From Gammaproteobacteria bacterium (GTDB lineage Bacteria; Pseudomonadota; Gammaproteobacteria; UBA4575), in the NCBI GenBank assembly GCA_965222615.1, contig CBDCUI010000007.1:512001-576000 (forward strand): a stretch of DNA of 64,000 nt. Reading direction: 5' to 3'. Positions 33,265 to 43,165 of the stretch are shown here, in pieces. The notes under the pieces were generated by a model. The model was given only the letters and a program-made list of their open reading frames with translations, did no database searches and was not told the DNA's origin. The first letter of the stretch is position 1. Each line of letters starts with the position of its first letter. A program made the position numbers and the translations under genes.

Positions 33265-36200
33265 CTAATCAAAACGTATCTCTTTCCAGGAGTGTCTACC
33301 TAATAAACTACCCAAACCATCATCAAGGTCAGGATTTACCAGGATACGATCGAGTGTTTTATTGGATAGTTGAGTCACGCGATAGTCACCAACAAAAGTA
33401 GAGTCGCTGGGAGTACTTTCAAAGCGAGTGCCCACAATGATATTGGTAATACCACTTAAGTCATTCAAATTGTCATCCGCATTAAACACGCCATCAATAT
33501 TGATATCAAAGATTACATCTGAACCGGAACCGCCAGTAACGGGATCGATACTCAGACCAAATCCCCCTGGAGGCGGTGCACAAATCGTACCTTCTTGAGG
33601 AATCACGGTACTAAAGAACAATTGATTACTGCGCAATTGCAAATTACGTATAGGGCGTTCACCTGGAAACTGAATACCCGTGCCTGATGGCGGCGGCACA
33701 TCAAAATCGATATACCAGCCTCTAACTTGATTACTGCCAGTGTTATCCCAGGGAACGGGATTACTGGTCACCGTACGAACTTCTAGACCATTATCAATAG
33801 AAGTTGTTAAAGTCTGCTCGACTAATTCCGATGTAGTGCTGTTTAATTCAATAGGTAAGTTAGTGCCAAGCGTATCATCCCAAAGCCCGTAAAGGGTTTG
33901 AATGCCAGTGCTGGTGGCATCGTCTTTAGTAAAGAAGCTACCGGTTCCGACCACTATGATAAACCCATCTGCAGTGGGATGTTTAATTACCGTTGGTTGA
34001 TTGGTAATCGGTTGCGGCGTTGTGCGCGGAAAGCCGGAACTATATTTTGCTTGCAACAAAACTTTTGTATTACTTAAATTTGACCAATTACTCGCATTGC
34101 CACTGCTGATATCGACGACATAGACATTGCCTTGCAAGTCACCGGCATAGAGTCGATCTACCGTGCCATCGCCATCCGCATCGATACCTCGAACACCCGC
34201 AATGCCATTGGGCGTGCTGCCATCGACACTAGTTGTTTTTCCAATACCGGTATCGATCTTAATGAAATCACCAACATCGGCCCAGCCATTGAAACCTTCT
34301 TCAATAAATAGGATATAGATTACCGCATTGCCATCTGTACTGGTGCTGTTAAAGCCGTTGCCAAAAATTGCCACCCATTTATTATCACCATTTGCAGCTT
34401 CTACATTACTCATAGCAATTACGGGTTTACTAAAAGTAAAACCGAGGTCACTAGCACCCACACCACCATCGTCTTTCTCGGTGAACTCCCACATTACCGT
34501 ATTGGTATCAAAGCTAGTGGGATCAGTTATATCTAATGCGAAATAGCCTTTGCCACCGGCACCCAAACCATTAATTAGCACAGTACGCCATTCACGCGAT
34601 GATGCTGAGCCTGTTGGCAAAATATAAGCATCATTGATACTTGGCGTCGCATCGACAAAAAAGCGGTGGTTATAGTCTGGATCGGTATATAAAGGAATGT
34701 CACCCAGCAATACATTCGGAATATAAGCGAATTTTTCCACTCCATCGGCCACTTTAAATGCATGTAACATGCCATCATTAGCGCCCACATAGACCAACTG
34801 TTCACGTGTACGATTCGCCACTACGAATTCAAAATAGGAATTGCCAGAGGTGTTTGGGAATTCACCACCAAATCGACTAGCAAAAGGTGGTTCACCTACG
34901 AATACCGGTGCTGAATGTACAATGTCACCAATTTTCCCACCCGTAGTAATATTGTCTGTGCTGGTACTACGCGGAGCACGTATACGCATTTCACCATCAT
35001 CATAACTAACGCCTTCGTTTGAAGTATCACCACGTAAATAATTTACGCGTATGGGTGTAATGGCACTTGTGGGGCTTACATTTGCAGGTGGAGGCGAAGG
35101 TGCGGAAGCCAATGTGGTTTTTTGATTATTGGTCAAGCCATTTGCAGCGACTGCATCGAATACCCGACCGCCACGTGGTGATTCGTCACTATAGGTTAGT
35201 ATTAAGCGTGAACTTATTGGCAAATCATCCAACTCCCTTGCCGCACTCCATTCAAAAATTGGATTGCCCGTAATCGGATCTTCATTAAAAGTACCATCGG
35301 TATTAACACGTTGTGCCGCAAGCTCACCGCTGTTGTTACCTAGATTAGAAAAGGTTCTAAACACCAAGGTATCTTCGGTAATATTCTGTGTATTAAAGGC
35401 AACCGATGAGGTAGAGCTCTCATTGGTTGCGGCACGTGTAAACACAGTTTGCACATCTGTTTGTAATTGATCTAAGTCATCGGTAGTAAAAAAATCTCCG
35501 CGACCATTGAAAGCCGTATGTCGTAAGTCATCGGCCATGCCATCTAAAGTCGAGGGATCGGGCCAAGCAGGACTTGCTGCACTACTGGGTGGAGACGGAT
35601 TCGCCGATATAGTGCCAATCCCTTGTAAACCAATTCCGATCACATTAGTTTCAAGATGCTGTTGTAATTTATCGCCTGCTTGCAAAGTAGGTGTACTGGG
35701 ATCGCGATTTAAATCGATATTGGTAACCGGCACATCATCCACTAAAGAACTATGTAAATCTCTTTCATAATAGTGTATTGCCACATCTGCAAGTGTATTG
35801 CTAAAGCTATCCGCAAATGCCCCGCCATCAAAATCTGTATTATTATCACCATCCGCATTACCAACACTAGGAGCTACACCATCATAAGTACTATCGGTAA
35901 TTACAATGGTTGCGTTACGTTGACACGCACCTGTAGGAGCTGCTTCAACGGGACATACTGCATCACCCGGATTTGAATTTGAAGTACTGTTAAAAATATC
36001 TCCAGACAGACATTCAAAATAGCGGCCAACTTTGCCTAAGCTGGTTCGCAATGGGCTCCCGCCGATAGAGTTGGTTTTGTAGATTTCATCCAGGATTAGT
36101 TTTTTATCGCCAATGCGTGGTGATTGATTTAATAATTTCACTGCGACACCATTACTAGCATTCTGGTTAGTGGTTGCATAACCGATACGTGCAGAACTAT

Positions 36201-37053
36201 TCCCTGCGACCAATCTACCGGTAATCGCCTTAGCAACAAATTCTCGTTTGCGGTAATAAGTAAACCAGTTGGCAAACTTTTGTTGCAAAGCGGCTTCATT
36301 TTTAATTAAAAATTCTTGTGGCATCTCACTATCTTGTGCAATACCGTCATTATTGGCATCTATCCACTCGCCATAATATTTAAACCCGTCGCCATTAATA
36401 CGATTACCACTAGCATCCATGCCTGCTTTATGCAGGGTTAAATCAATAAAGTGTTGTGGATCAAATGGGTCATCGGGTGCATTGGTAATGGATGCATCGC
36501 CAAATGGATTGCCATTGATATCCACTCCCGACCACGGCGAATATTCTTTACTCGGATCAAAATACAAAGGATTAAAAGAAAAACTACGCGCTCGCCATGC
36601 ATCATCATCGGCGACAAAACAGTTTTCACTGCCTGCAACAGTTGGGCTACTGGTATTGGTTGGAAACGCAACGATATAGGCATAACCGCCTGCCGCACTG
36701 GACTCTGTCAAACAATTTGCATCACCGGGATCGCCATCATCTTCTCTTTGCGTAATCTCCGTAGGCAGTCCACTGCCATCCAAACCGGGGGCATTAAACC
36801 TGCCACCATTTAATGCATCTCGGGTTAATATCTCCCAGTCCATACTTGCCGAGTCATTACTAAGGATAAAAACATTAGGCGCGACAGAAGGGGTTAGCTC
36901 TAATGGAACATTCGAAATATCTAAAGGCCCTGCATTAATTTGTGTAGCGATAGAAAAAACAACTACGCACACCAAAGCATAAATGGTCTGTTTTAAGTTT
37001 TTTATAGCAGGAAAATTCACAAACTTAATTTTGTTAGAACCTATCGGAGCCAT
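33265..37053 (-). CDS. pilY1: PilY1/PilC type IV pilus tip adhesin, copy 2
   Basis: IGDIVHSAP, YVGANDGMLHAF, DADGDGTVDRLYAGDLQGN, GRHSWKE. Confidence 0.95.
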   Translation of the reverse strand: MAPIGSNKIKFVNFPAIKNLKQTIYALVCVVVFSIATQINAGPLDISNVPLELTPSVAPNVFILSNDSASMDWEILTRDALNGGRFNAPGLDGSGLPTEITQREDDGDPGDANCLTESSAAGGYAYIVAFPTNTSSPTVAGSENCFVADDDAWRARSFSFNPLYFDPSKEYSPWSGVDINGNPFGDASITNAPDDPFDPQHFIDLTLHKAGMDASGNRINGDGFKYYGEWIDANNDGIAQDSEMPQEFLIKNEAALQQKFANWFTYYRKREFVAKAITGRLVAGNSSARIGYATTNQNASNGVAVKLLNQSPRIGDKKLILDEIYKTNSIGGSPLRTSLGKVGRYFECLSGDIFNSTSNSNPGDAVCPVEAAPTGACQRNATIVITDSTYDGVAPSVGNADGDNNTDFDGGAFADSFSNTLADVAIHYYERDLHSSLVDDVPVTNIDLNRDPSTPTLQAGDKLQQHLETNVIGIGLQGIGTISANPSPPSSAASPAWPDPSTLDGMADDLRHTAFNGRGDFFTTDDLDQLQTDVQTVFTRAATNESSTSSVAFNTQNITEDTLVFRTFSNLGNNSGELAAQRVNTDGTFNEDPITGNPIFEWSAARELDDLPISSRLILTYSDESPRGGRVFDAVAANGLTNNQKTTLASAPSPPPANVSPTSAITPIRVNYLRGDTSNEGVSYDDGEMRIRAPRSTSTDNITTGGKIGDIVHSAPVFVGEPPFASRFGGEFPNTSGNSYFEFVVANRTREQLVYVGANDGMLHAFKVADGVEKFAYIPNVLLGDIPLYTDPDYNHRFFVDATPSINDAYILPTGSASSREWRTVLINGLGAGGKGYFALDITDPTSFDTNTVMWEFTEKDDGGVGASDLGFTFSKPVIAMSNVEAANGDNKWVAIFGNGFNSTSTDGNAVIYILFIEEGFNGWADVGDFIKIDTGIGKTTSVDGSTPNGIAGVRGIDADGDGTVDRLYAGDLQGNVYVVDISSGNASNWSNLSNTKVLLQAKYSSGFPRTTPQPITNQPTVIKHPTADGFIIVVGTGSFFTKDDATSTGIQTLYGLWDDTLGTNLPIELNSTTSELVEQTLTTSIDNGLEVRTVTSNPVPWDNTGSNQVRGWYIDFDVPPPSGTGIQFPGERPIRNLQLRSNQLFFSTVIPQEGTICAPPPGGFGLSIDPVTGGSGSDVIFDINIDGVFNADDNLNDLSGITNIIVGTRFESTPSDSTFVGDYRVTQLSNKTLDRILVNPDLDDGLGSLLGRHSWKEIRFD

Positions 37054-37579
37054 ATACAGACTGTAAAATTACGGCAGTGTTGTCACTGCCACCTGTGCCT
37101 CTTGAGGTGATACGGAAAAGTTGCACGGTTTTACTGGCTTCACCTTCACCATAATTTTCTAATTGAACCTTGGGTGCAATTTGTGTTTCTGCAATGTGTT
37201 GCACTACAAACTTTGGAGCTGTAATTACGTTAAGTAGATTAAATCCGGTGTGGGTACGTGAACCTGTGTCCCAATCAATCGCATCCCAAATCATGTCGTA
37301 TTGATTGTCATACAGACCATCACTACCATCATTATCAAACATGCCCAAAGTTAATGTGCCGGAATCAATTAAGGCTTCCCCTGCTTGTAAACCTGCTTCA
37401 GCCGCTTGAAATGTCACCATGCTATCGCGTGTATTACCTGCCATACGCTCTTCTAAGTTAGTACTCTGCATGCTGGTGATCGCAATGAGTGACATAATTA
37501 ACAACAGGATCAAACCAACAAACAATACGGCACCTTGTTGATTTGTAGATTGACTAATTATTGTTGTTTGAATTTTCAT
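37034..37579 (-). CDS. pilX: Minor pilin PilX, copy 2
   Basis: QQG/AVLFVG, EERMAGNTRD..FQAAEAGL, FRITSRG. Confidence 0.92.
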   Translation of the reverse strand: MKIQTTIISQSTNQQGAVLFVGLILLLIMSLIAITSMQSTNLEERMAGNTRDSMVTFQAAEAGLQAGEALIDSGTLTLGMFDNDGSDGLYDNQYDMIWDAIDWDTGSRTHTGFNLLNVITAPKFVVQHIAETQIAPKVQLENYGEGEASKTVQLFRITSRGTGGSDNTAVILQSVYGSDRF

Positions 37580-37581
37580 AA

Positions 37582-38646
37582 TTAATTAGCCACTCGGTTA
37601 CGTAAATTTACTGTGGTATTCACTACATAACGAAGTCTTTGATCACCTAAATGTGCAGGAGTCGAGCTATCAGAAATTAACGTGCCGGCGACATTATAGG
37701 TATTGGTGTCGACTTGAGTTGCAATCTGTTCACCCGTTGACATTAACAATCCAAGTCGTACCGTAATAACACTAGGCCATTCTGCTACATCGATGTCATT
37801 GGCGGCTTCATAACGATCTGCAACTTGGTCATTATCAACATCTAAGCCATACAGGATTTGCATAGTTTCGACACCTTCCAGTAACTCTTCCTCGTTCATA
37901 GTCACAGTTTCATTTCCACCAATTAATTCCGCTTCAAGTACACGCACTTTTAGGGCATTTACATTCGGGTTAAAGCTGCTTGGCGCAATGTAATAAATCA
38001 CTGGCTCATAAGAAGCGATTTGTGCATCTTCTCCAAACACACCAATATTAGTGATTGCATTTCCAGGTGCTATTCCAGCATTAGACCCGTAATCAATAGT
38101 CGCGTTACCGGGTAAGCTATTAAAAATTTGAAACATTGCAGCTTGACGAGGATCACAAACCAATGCGACTTCACCTTTTTTAAATTCTCCACTTGGAAAA
38201 GAGTCTTGCAGTTTAAATCGATCAATGCTGTCATCATGAAAAGCGATCGTACCTGCAAATACTCCACCTTTTAGAATCGCCACTGCGTCCGAGCCTGCAA
38301 CAACATCACTACTGATCTGAGTTGGAAAAGTACTCACACCACCCTCATAACCTCGTATGCCAAAATTAAAGTAATCTAAATACCAGTTGGTATTGCCCGT
38401 TACTGCATTAGTTACGGTTGATGGAAATCTACATGGCATATAACCAGCCATGCGAATATCGCGTGTCATGAATTCCAAGCTATAACGTAAATTTTCTTGC
38501 AAACGCGATAAATTATCCGTCATGCGATAGGTTTGTTTACTGCTTAAATACACACCAAGCACGCCACTTGTTAAAAATAGCCCCAACAATAATGCGACCA
38601 TTAACTCGACGACGGAAAAACCTCGTTGTTTAGCGACGATCTTCAT
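37582..38646 (-). CDS. pilW: Minor pilin PilW, copy 2
   Basis: G/FSVVELMVA, LQENLRY, DIRMAG, GVETMQILYG, LRNR. Confidence 0.92.
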   Translation of the reverse strand: MKIVAKQRGFSVVELMVALLLGLFLTSGVLGVYLSSKQTYRMTDNLSRLQENLRYSLEFMTRDIRMAGYMPCRFPSTVTNAVTGNTNWYLDYFNFGIRGYEGGVSTFPTQISSDVVAGSDAVAILKGGVFAGTIAFHDDSIDRFKLQDSFPSGEFKKGEVALVCDPRQAAMFQIFNSLPGNATIDYGSNAGIAPGNAITNIGVFGEDAQIASYEPVIYYIAPSSFNPNVNALKVRVLEAELIGGNETVTMNEEELLEGVETMQILYGLDVDNDQVADRYEAANDIDVAEWPSVITVRLGLLMSTGEQIATQVDTNTYNVAGTLISDSSTPAHLGDQRLRYVVNTTVNLRNRVAN

Positions 38647-39137
38647 AACTCAACTAAAACGGTTATAGACTCGGGATTAGGATTACCACGTTCCAACCAT
38701 TGCACAGTTACCGTAATCTCATTGCCATTGCGCGTAACGCTACCATCTCCACCAGGAAGAATCGTGGTTAAATTATGTGGTGCAATACATGCAGCATTCC
38801 CTGCATAAGCACCTAGTGCACATTTCCATTGCAATACATCAAAATTGGCAAGCTGTGAGGGAGAGCAGTCAGCCGTAGTAGTTTGACAATTAATAAAAGC
38901 CGGAATTGCATTCAAGGCAGTGTTGTAACCACCAACAAGTGCTTCGTCTCGATTGGCTCTTATTTTATCCACCATATCATAGGCAAAATAAGTCGCCTGT
39001 GTACGCATATAGGCATCGCGATTACTGGACAGGCTAAATAATTGCATACCTGCCATTCCCAATAAGCCAATGGATAACACGGCCAATGCCACTAATACTT
39101 CCATTAAAGTAAACGCGCTGTACTTACGAATATTCAT
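38643..39137 (-). CDS. pilV: Minor pilin PilV, copy 2
   Basis: A/FTLMEVLVA, AYMRTQATYFAYDMVDKIRAN. Confidence 0.92.
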   Translation of the reverse strand: MNIRKYSAFTLMEVLVALAVLSIGLLGMAGMQLFSLSSNRDAYMRTQATYFAYDMVDKIRANRDEALVGGYNTALNAIPAFINCQTTTADCSPSQLANFDVLQWKCALGAYAGNAACIAPHNLTTILPGGDGSVTRNGNEITVTVQWLERGNPNPESITVLVEL

Positions 39138-39147
39138 TTGAAGTAAA

Positions 39148-39717
39148 TCATAAACATGTTGTTATAGGATTACCGCCATCATCGAGAGGAGTACCATTAT
39201 TATCAAGCTGAGCAAGTCGCACTCTGCCACTTATAACTACGAATATTGCTCTTGCCTTGGTCAGATCACCATCTTTACACATAACAAAGCGGCCACTATC
39301 ATTTGTACGCCCGCTTGGTCGAAAAGAAAGATTACCGCTAAGATTATCACCAAGTGAAATATTTGCAGGTAATGCGGAATGCACACGTAAAATAACATCG
39401 TCAGGATTATCACGATCCCCATCTTTATCGATGTCTAAGAATATAATCCAGCCATCTTCAAAATCTGTGCCACTACAACTTGAACTGTCACTGCTGTGAC
39501 AAATAGAAACTCGCTGGTTTCTTCTTATTGCTTCACTACGCGCATAATTTAAGGATGCTACAAACTCATTTATGTTTGCAGTAAGTTGATTACGTTCAAT
39601 GACGCGTTCAAAGCTGGGGACCCCTAAAGTCAACACAATAGCGGCCACCGCGATGGCAATCATGAGCTCGATCAGTGTGAATCCAAAATACTGTATCCGC
39701 ATCGCTGTCACCCACAT
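39148..39717 (-). CDS. fimU: FimU/FimT-family minor pilin, copy 2
   Basis: G/FTLIELMIAI, VPSF, LNYARSEAIRR, GWIIF, SGRVR. Confidence 0.9.
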   Translation of the reverse strand: MWVTAMRIQYFGFTLIELMIAIAVAAIVLTLGVPSFERVIERNQLTANINEFVASLNYARSEAIRRNQRVSICHSSDSSSCSGTDFEDGWIIFLDIDKDGDRDNPDDVILRVHSALPANISLGDNLSGNLSFRPSGRTNDSGRFVMCKDGDLTKARAIFVVISGRVRLAQLDNNGTPLDDGGNPITTCL

Positions 39718-40113
39718 AAGTGATGCGATAGCACGACGTAAAGTTGACTAGGCCTATATCGTGGCCACTACCTTGTCAAAATTCTCAGTGCTCTAATATT
39801 ATAGAGCGTGTTCCTTCCTGAAACCTTCGCCGCGATATATCGCGATCTAATATTTTATTTAAATATAGTATAGCCTGTTGTTACAGTTTATTGTCTTGTC
39901 TGCCTATATTGTATTAGGTTCTATAAGTAAATTCTTGTTCCAAAACGAAAAACTTCTTTGCGGCTATGTGCTTGCTGGTAGGTAAGTTTTTTATTTTGCG
40001 GAATTTTTAACAGGTAAATGAGTTTACTCAAGGCGTGAATCTAGAGTACATATTTCCTTATAAAATATAAGGCTAAATGGATCTCAGGTGGGAGTTGAAT
40101 TTTCTTTATATAT

Positions 40114-40147
40114 AAATGAAAAACCCACGGCCTCGCGACCGTGGGTT
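40114..40147 (-). terminator. Rho-independent terminator
   Basis: Minus strand AACCCACGG-TCGCGAGG-CCGTGGGTT then TTTCATTT. Confidence 0.8.
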
Positions 40148-40176
40148 CGAAAGCCTGCTTCCCTGTAGGCTTATGC
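40114..40176 (-). ncRNA. Candidate ~60-nt RNA (AGGGA-loop hairpin plus terminator)
   Basis: -10 TAAAAT (40188-40183), CRP-like site at -41.5, hairpin AAGCCT-AC-AGGGAA-GC-AGGCTT, terminator. Confidence 0.45.
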
Positions 40177-40209
40177 GTAACCATTTTATTGAGAGGGTAA
40201 GTGTGAAAT

Positions 40210-40225
40210 CGTGAACCAGTTCACG
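40210..40225. promoter_or_regulatory. CRP/Vfr-like binding site
   Basis: CGTGA-ACCAGT-TCACG versus consensus TGTGA-N6-TCACA. Confidence 0.6.
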
Positions 40226-40294
40226 CAATTAGCAACGCCAATTTCCTTGCATCTTGTAAAGATTACCGATTATCCATGGTTATAAAAAACTACT

Positions 40295-40849
40295 CTAATT
40301 AGGCCTTTGTAAAGCTGCTTCCACTTGATTACGTTTTTCATTACCTGCTAAACAGGCAATAATTTCTAAAGCAAAATCCATTGCCGTACCAGGTCCACGT
40401 GAAGTAAAGATATTTCCATCTTGCTGCACTGCTGAATTTGTAATTTTCGTAGTTTTCAAATTTAACTCTTCTAAAACACCAGGATAAGCAGTTGCCTTTT
40501 TGTTTTCTAGCAAATTTGCATTAGCTAACACTTTTGGTGCAGCACATATTGCTCCAATCGGTTTGTTGTCGCTTAGCGTGCGCTTCAAGATTTCATGAAC
40601 CCTTTCGTCTTCATTCAAGTAATCAGCACCGGGTAACCCACCAGGTAGTACCACCATGTCAAACTCTTGATCCAACACTTGGTCCAGGGTTGTGTCGGCA
40701 ATAATTTTGGTACCACGGGATGCAGTAATGGCTTGTTCATCTAAACTTGCAGTAATAACTTCTATTTCCGCACGGCGTAATAAATCAATTATAGTGACCG
40801 CTTCCAGCTCTTCACAGCCTTGGGCTAAAGGGATGAGTACGCTTGCCAT
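40295..40849 (-). CDS. yajL: DJ-1/PfpI family protein (YajL/ThiJ)
   Basis: GCEELEAVT..DLLRRA, VLPGG, GAICAAP, TSRGPGTA. Confidence 0.92.
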   Translation of the reverse strand: MASVLIPLAQGCEELEAVTIIDLLRRAEIEVITASLDEQAITASRGTKIIADTTLDQVLDQEFDMVVLPGGLPGADYLNEDERVHEILKRTLSDNKPIGAICAAPKVLANANLLENKKATAYPGVLEELNLKTTKITNSAVQQDGNIFTSRGPGTAMDFALEIIACLAGNEKRNQVEAALQRPN

Positions 40850-41604
40850 TGTTTCGTTTTTGCTATTTCAATTAATTCGCTAACAGTTACTAGTCTTATA
40901 TTTTCTTTACCTAGTTTAGAAAGCTCTTGATCAAGTGCTTGCATGGTTGAATCATGAGGATGACCAATTGCTAGCGCATAGCCTTGATGTTTAGCAATTT
41001 TTATTAATCGTTTGATCTGCTTTTTCACAAATTCTTTATCATGTGCCTTAGTATCAAGAAAAACATCACGCACCAAGTTAGGAATATGGTATTCACTAGC
41101 AATATTGCCCGCAATGGTGCTGGCACTGGTTTTACTATCGATAAAGTATAAATAGTCATCTCGATTCGCGAGTGTTTGCATAAACAAGTCCATATGATCT
41201 TGATGCCGAGTTAATAAACTGCCCATGTGATTGTTAATACCGCGTGCATAAGGAACTGCGTCGATACTTGCATTGATAGTAAATATAAAGTCTTGTTTTT
41301 GCATGCCCATAGTCAATGCGCCATACCCAAGCTGTAGAGAATTATCTGCCTGCATGGGTAAATGCACCATCACCTCTTTACCTTTATGATGTGCAAGCTT
41401 TGCCAGTTCAATAGAATAAGGTCGCGCAGGTAGTATTGAACAGGTAATTTTCCAATCGGCATTGATGACGCGTTGACCTACACTGAGGCTATTACCCAAG
41501 TCGTCTATGATAATTGCTATGGCGGGTGAGCCAGCACTCACACCATTAAAAAGATGTACAAAAAATAAACTGGCGGCTATAGCCAGTCTATATAAATGTG
41601 TCAT
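40825..41604 (-). CDS. yibQ: Divergent polysaccharide deacetylase (YibQ-like)
   Basis: IIIDDLG, HLPMQ, GINNHMGS, FIDSKT, RDVFLD, AIGHP. Confidence 0.92.
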   Translation of the reverse strand: MTHLYRLAIAASLFFVHLFNGVSAGSPAIAIIIDDLGNSLSVGQRVINADWKITCSILPARPYSIELAKLAHHKGKEVMVHLPMQADNSLQLGYGALTMGMQKQDFIFTINASIDAVPYARGINNHMGSLLTRHQDHMDLFMQTLANRDDYLYFIDSKTSASTIAGNIASEYHIPNLVRDVFLDTKAHDKEFVKKQIKRLIKIAKHQGYALAIGHPHDSTMQALDQELSKLGKENIRLVTVSELIEIAKTKQWQAYSSL

Positions 41605-41615
41605 GTAGTTACATA

Positions 41616-42938
41616 CTAGGTTGCAGTATTGCTAGTATAACTCACGCCTTTTAAAACTTTTAGTGCCTCGTCCAACGCATAATCCGTAGTATCGCTATCG
41701 GTTGCTTTTGGAATCGTTATGACTGATTTGGGCTTACGTACATCTTCCTCTTGACCCTCGTTCTCAAGATGGCCAGCTAAATCGGCCTCAGAAATACCAC
41801 CAAACCCTTTGTCTTTCTCTTCGTCTTCACCTTCTTCTTTTAATAAAATATCTGGAACAATTCCTTGGCTTTGAATCGACCTACCTGATGGCGTGTAATA
41901 CCGTGCAGTGGTCAATTTTAACGCAGCATTTTCTTTTAGCGGTAAAATAGTTTGTACAGAACCTTTACCAAAAGAAGTGGTTCCTAAAATAGTTGCACGT
42001 TCATGGTCTTGCATTGCGCCTGCAACAATCTCAGAAGCAGAAGCAGAGCCCTGGTTTATTAATACCACCAATCTTGCGCCATCAAGAGAATCACCCGTAC
42101 TTGCTGTGTACTTAAGCTCAGATTCTTCTACACGCCCCTCGGTATAAACAATTAGTTTATTGTCCTTTAAAAATACATCGGAAACCCCAACTGCACCCGT
42201 TAACACTCCGCCTGGGTTGTTACGTAAATCTAAAACCAATCCTTTTAGGTCTCCCTCATTTTTCTTTTTTAAACTATCAATTGCATTGAGTAAACCACGT
42301 GTAGTTTTAGATTGAAAATTAGAAATGCGCACATAACCATAACCTGGCTCAAGCATACGGCTTCTTACACTGCGCACACGAATAACATCTCGTGTTATAG
42401 ATATGTTAAGCGGAGCATCCTCGCCTTCACGCACAACGGTTAACTCAATTTTAGTCCCCTTCTTGCCCCGCATCAGCTTTACAGCTTCTTCCAAAGTCAT
42501 GCCTTTAACTGATTTATCATCTAACTTGATGATCAAATCACCTGCCTTTACTCCAGCACGTTCTGCTGGGGTATCATCAATGGGAGCAATAACTTTTACA
42601 AAACCACTCTCCATACCTACTTCAATTCCCAAACCACCAAACTCACCAGAAGTGCCAATTTGCAATTCACGAAATTGTTCTTCGTCTAAAAAAGCCGAAT
42701 GCGGATCAAGACCAGATAACATGCCACGAATGGCATTTTCTAAAAGCTCGCTATCGTCAACCTCAGTTACATAATCTTGTTTAATACGCGCATACACATC
42801 CGTAAAGACACGTAAATCTTCGAGCGGTAGTGCTGCAACTTTTTGTTTCTCTGCCCACACATTATGAGCCAAAGTCAGAGTAAACCCGAACACTAGACCC
42901 AACATCACTCCGATACTCATAGGGTGTTTATACTTCAT
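41616..42938 (-). CDS. ctpA: Carboxy-terminal processing protease S41
   Basis: LDPHS, PDZ GGLGIEV, DLRNNPGG, SASASE, FGKGSVQ; start placed at ATG 42938 with SD AGGAG. Confidence 0.95.
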   Translation of the reverse strand: MKYKHPMSIGVMLGLVFGFTLTLAHNVWAEKQKVAALPLEDLRVFTDVYARIKQDYVTEVDDSELLENAIRGMLSGLDPHSAFLDEEQFRELQIGTSGEFGGLGIEVGMESGFVKVIAPIDDTPAERAGVKAGDLIIKLDDKSVKGMTLEEAVKLMRGKKGTKIELTVVREGEDAPLNISITRDVIRVRSVRSRMLEPGYGYVRISNFQSKTTRGLLNAIDSLKKKNEGDLKGLVLDLRNNPGGVLTGAVGVSDVFLKDNKLIVYTEGRVEESELKYTASTGDSLDGARLVVLINQGSASASEIVAGAMQDHERATILGTTSFGKGSVQTILPLKENAALKLTTARYYTPSGRSIQSQGIVPDILLKEEGEDEEKDKGFGGISEADLAGHLENEGQEEDVRKPKSVITIPKATDSDTTDYALDEALKVLKGVSYTSNTAT

Positions 42939-43165
42939 CGCGACACTCCTAGACTGTAATTTTTCCATCTAACCATCGCTCCATTATGAAAGGAAAATAT
43001 AGATACGCAATATATAAGACTGAACATTATTAAGGTTTAATCAAGTAAAAATGGTTCCAAATATTGGCTGTAATACTTAGATTATGGCTTAATTCGACAA
43101 AAATTTGCTTGAAATAAGTCACCTAGCACTGCAAATCCGACTACTGGATGATATTCAGCATCAAT

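Noticed and set aside
40120-40175. Hairpin pair as a c-di-GMP-I riboswitch or amino-acid attenuator
   Set aside because: Lacks the GGCAAAC/GNRA/GACGCAAAGC pattern; no leader peptide with codon runs
40225-40241. TGGCGTTGCTAATTGC as a sigma54 promoter
   Set aside because: GG-to-GC spacing is 11 nt, not the required 10
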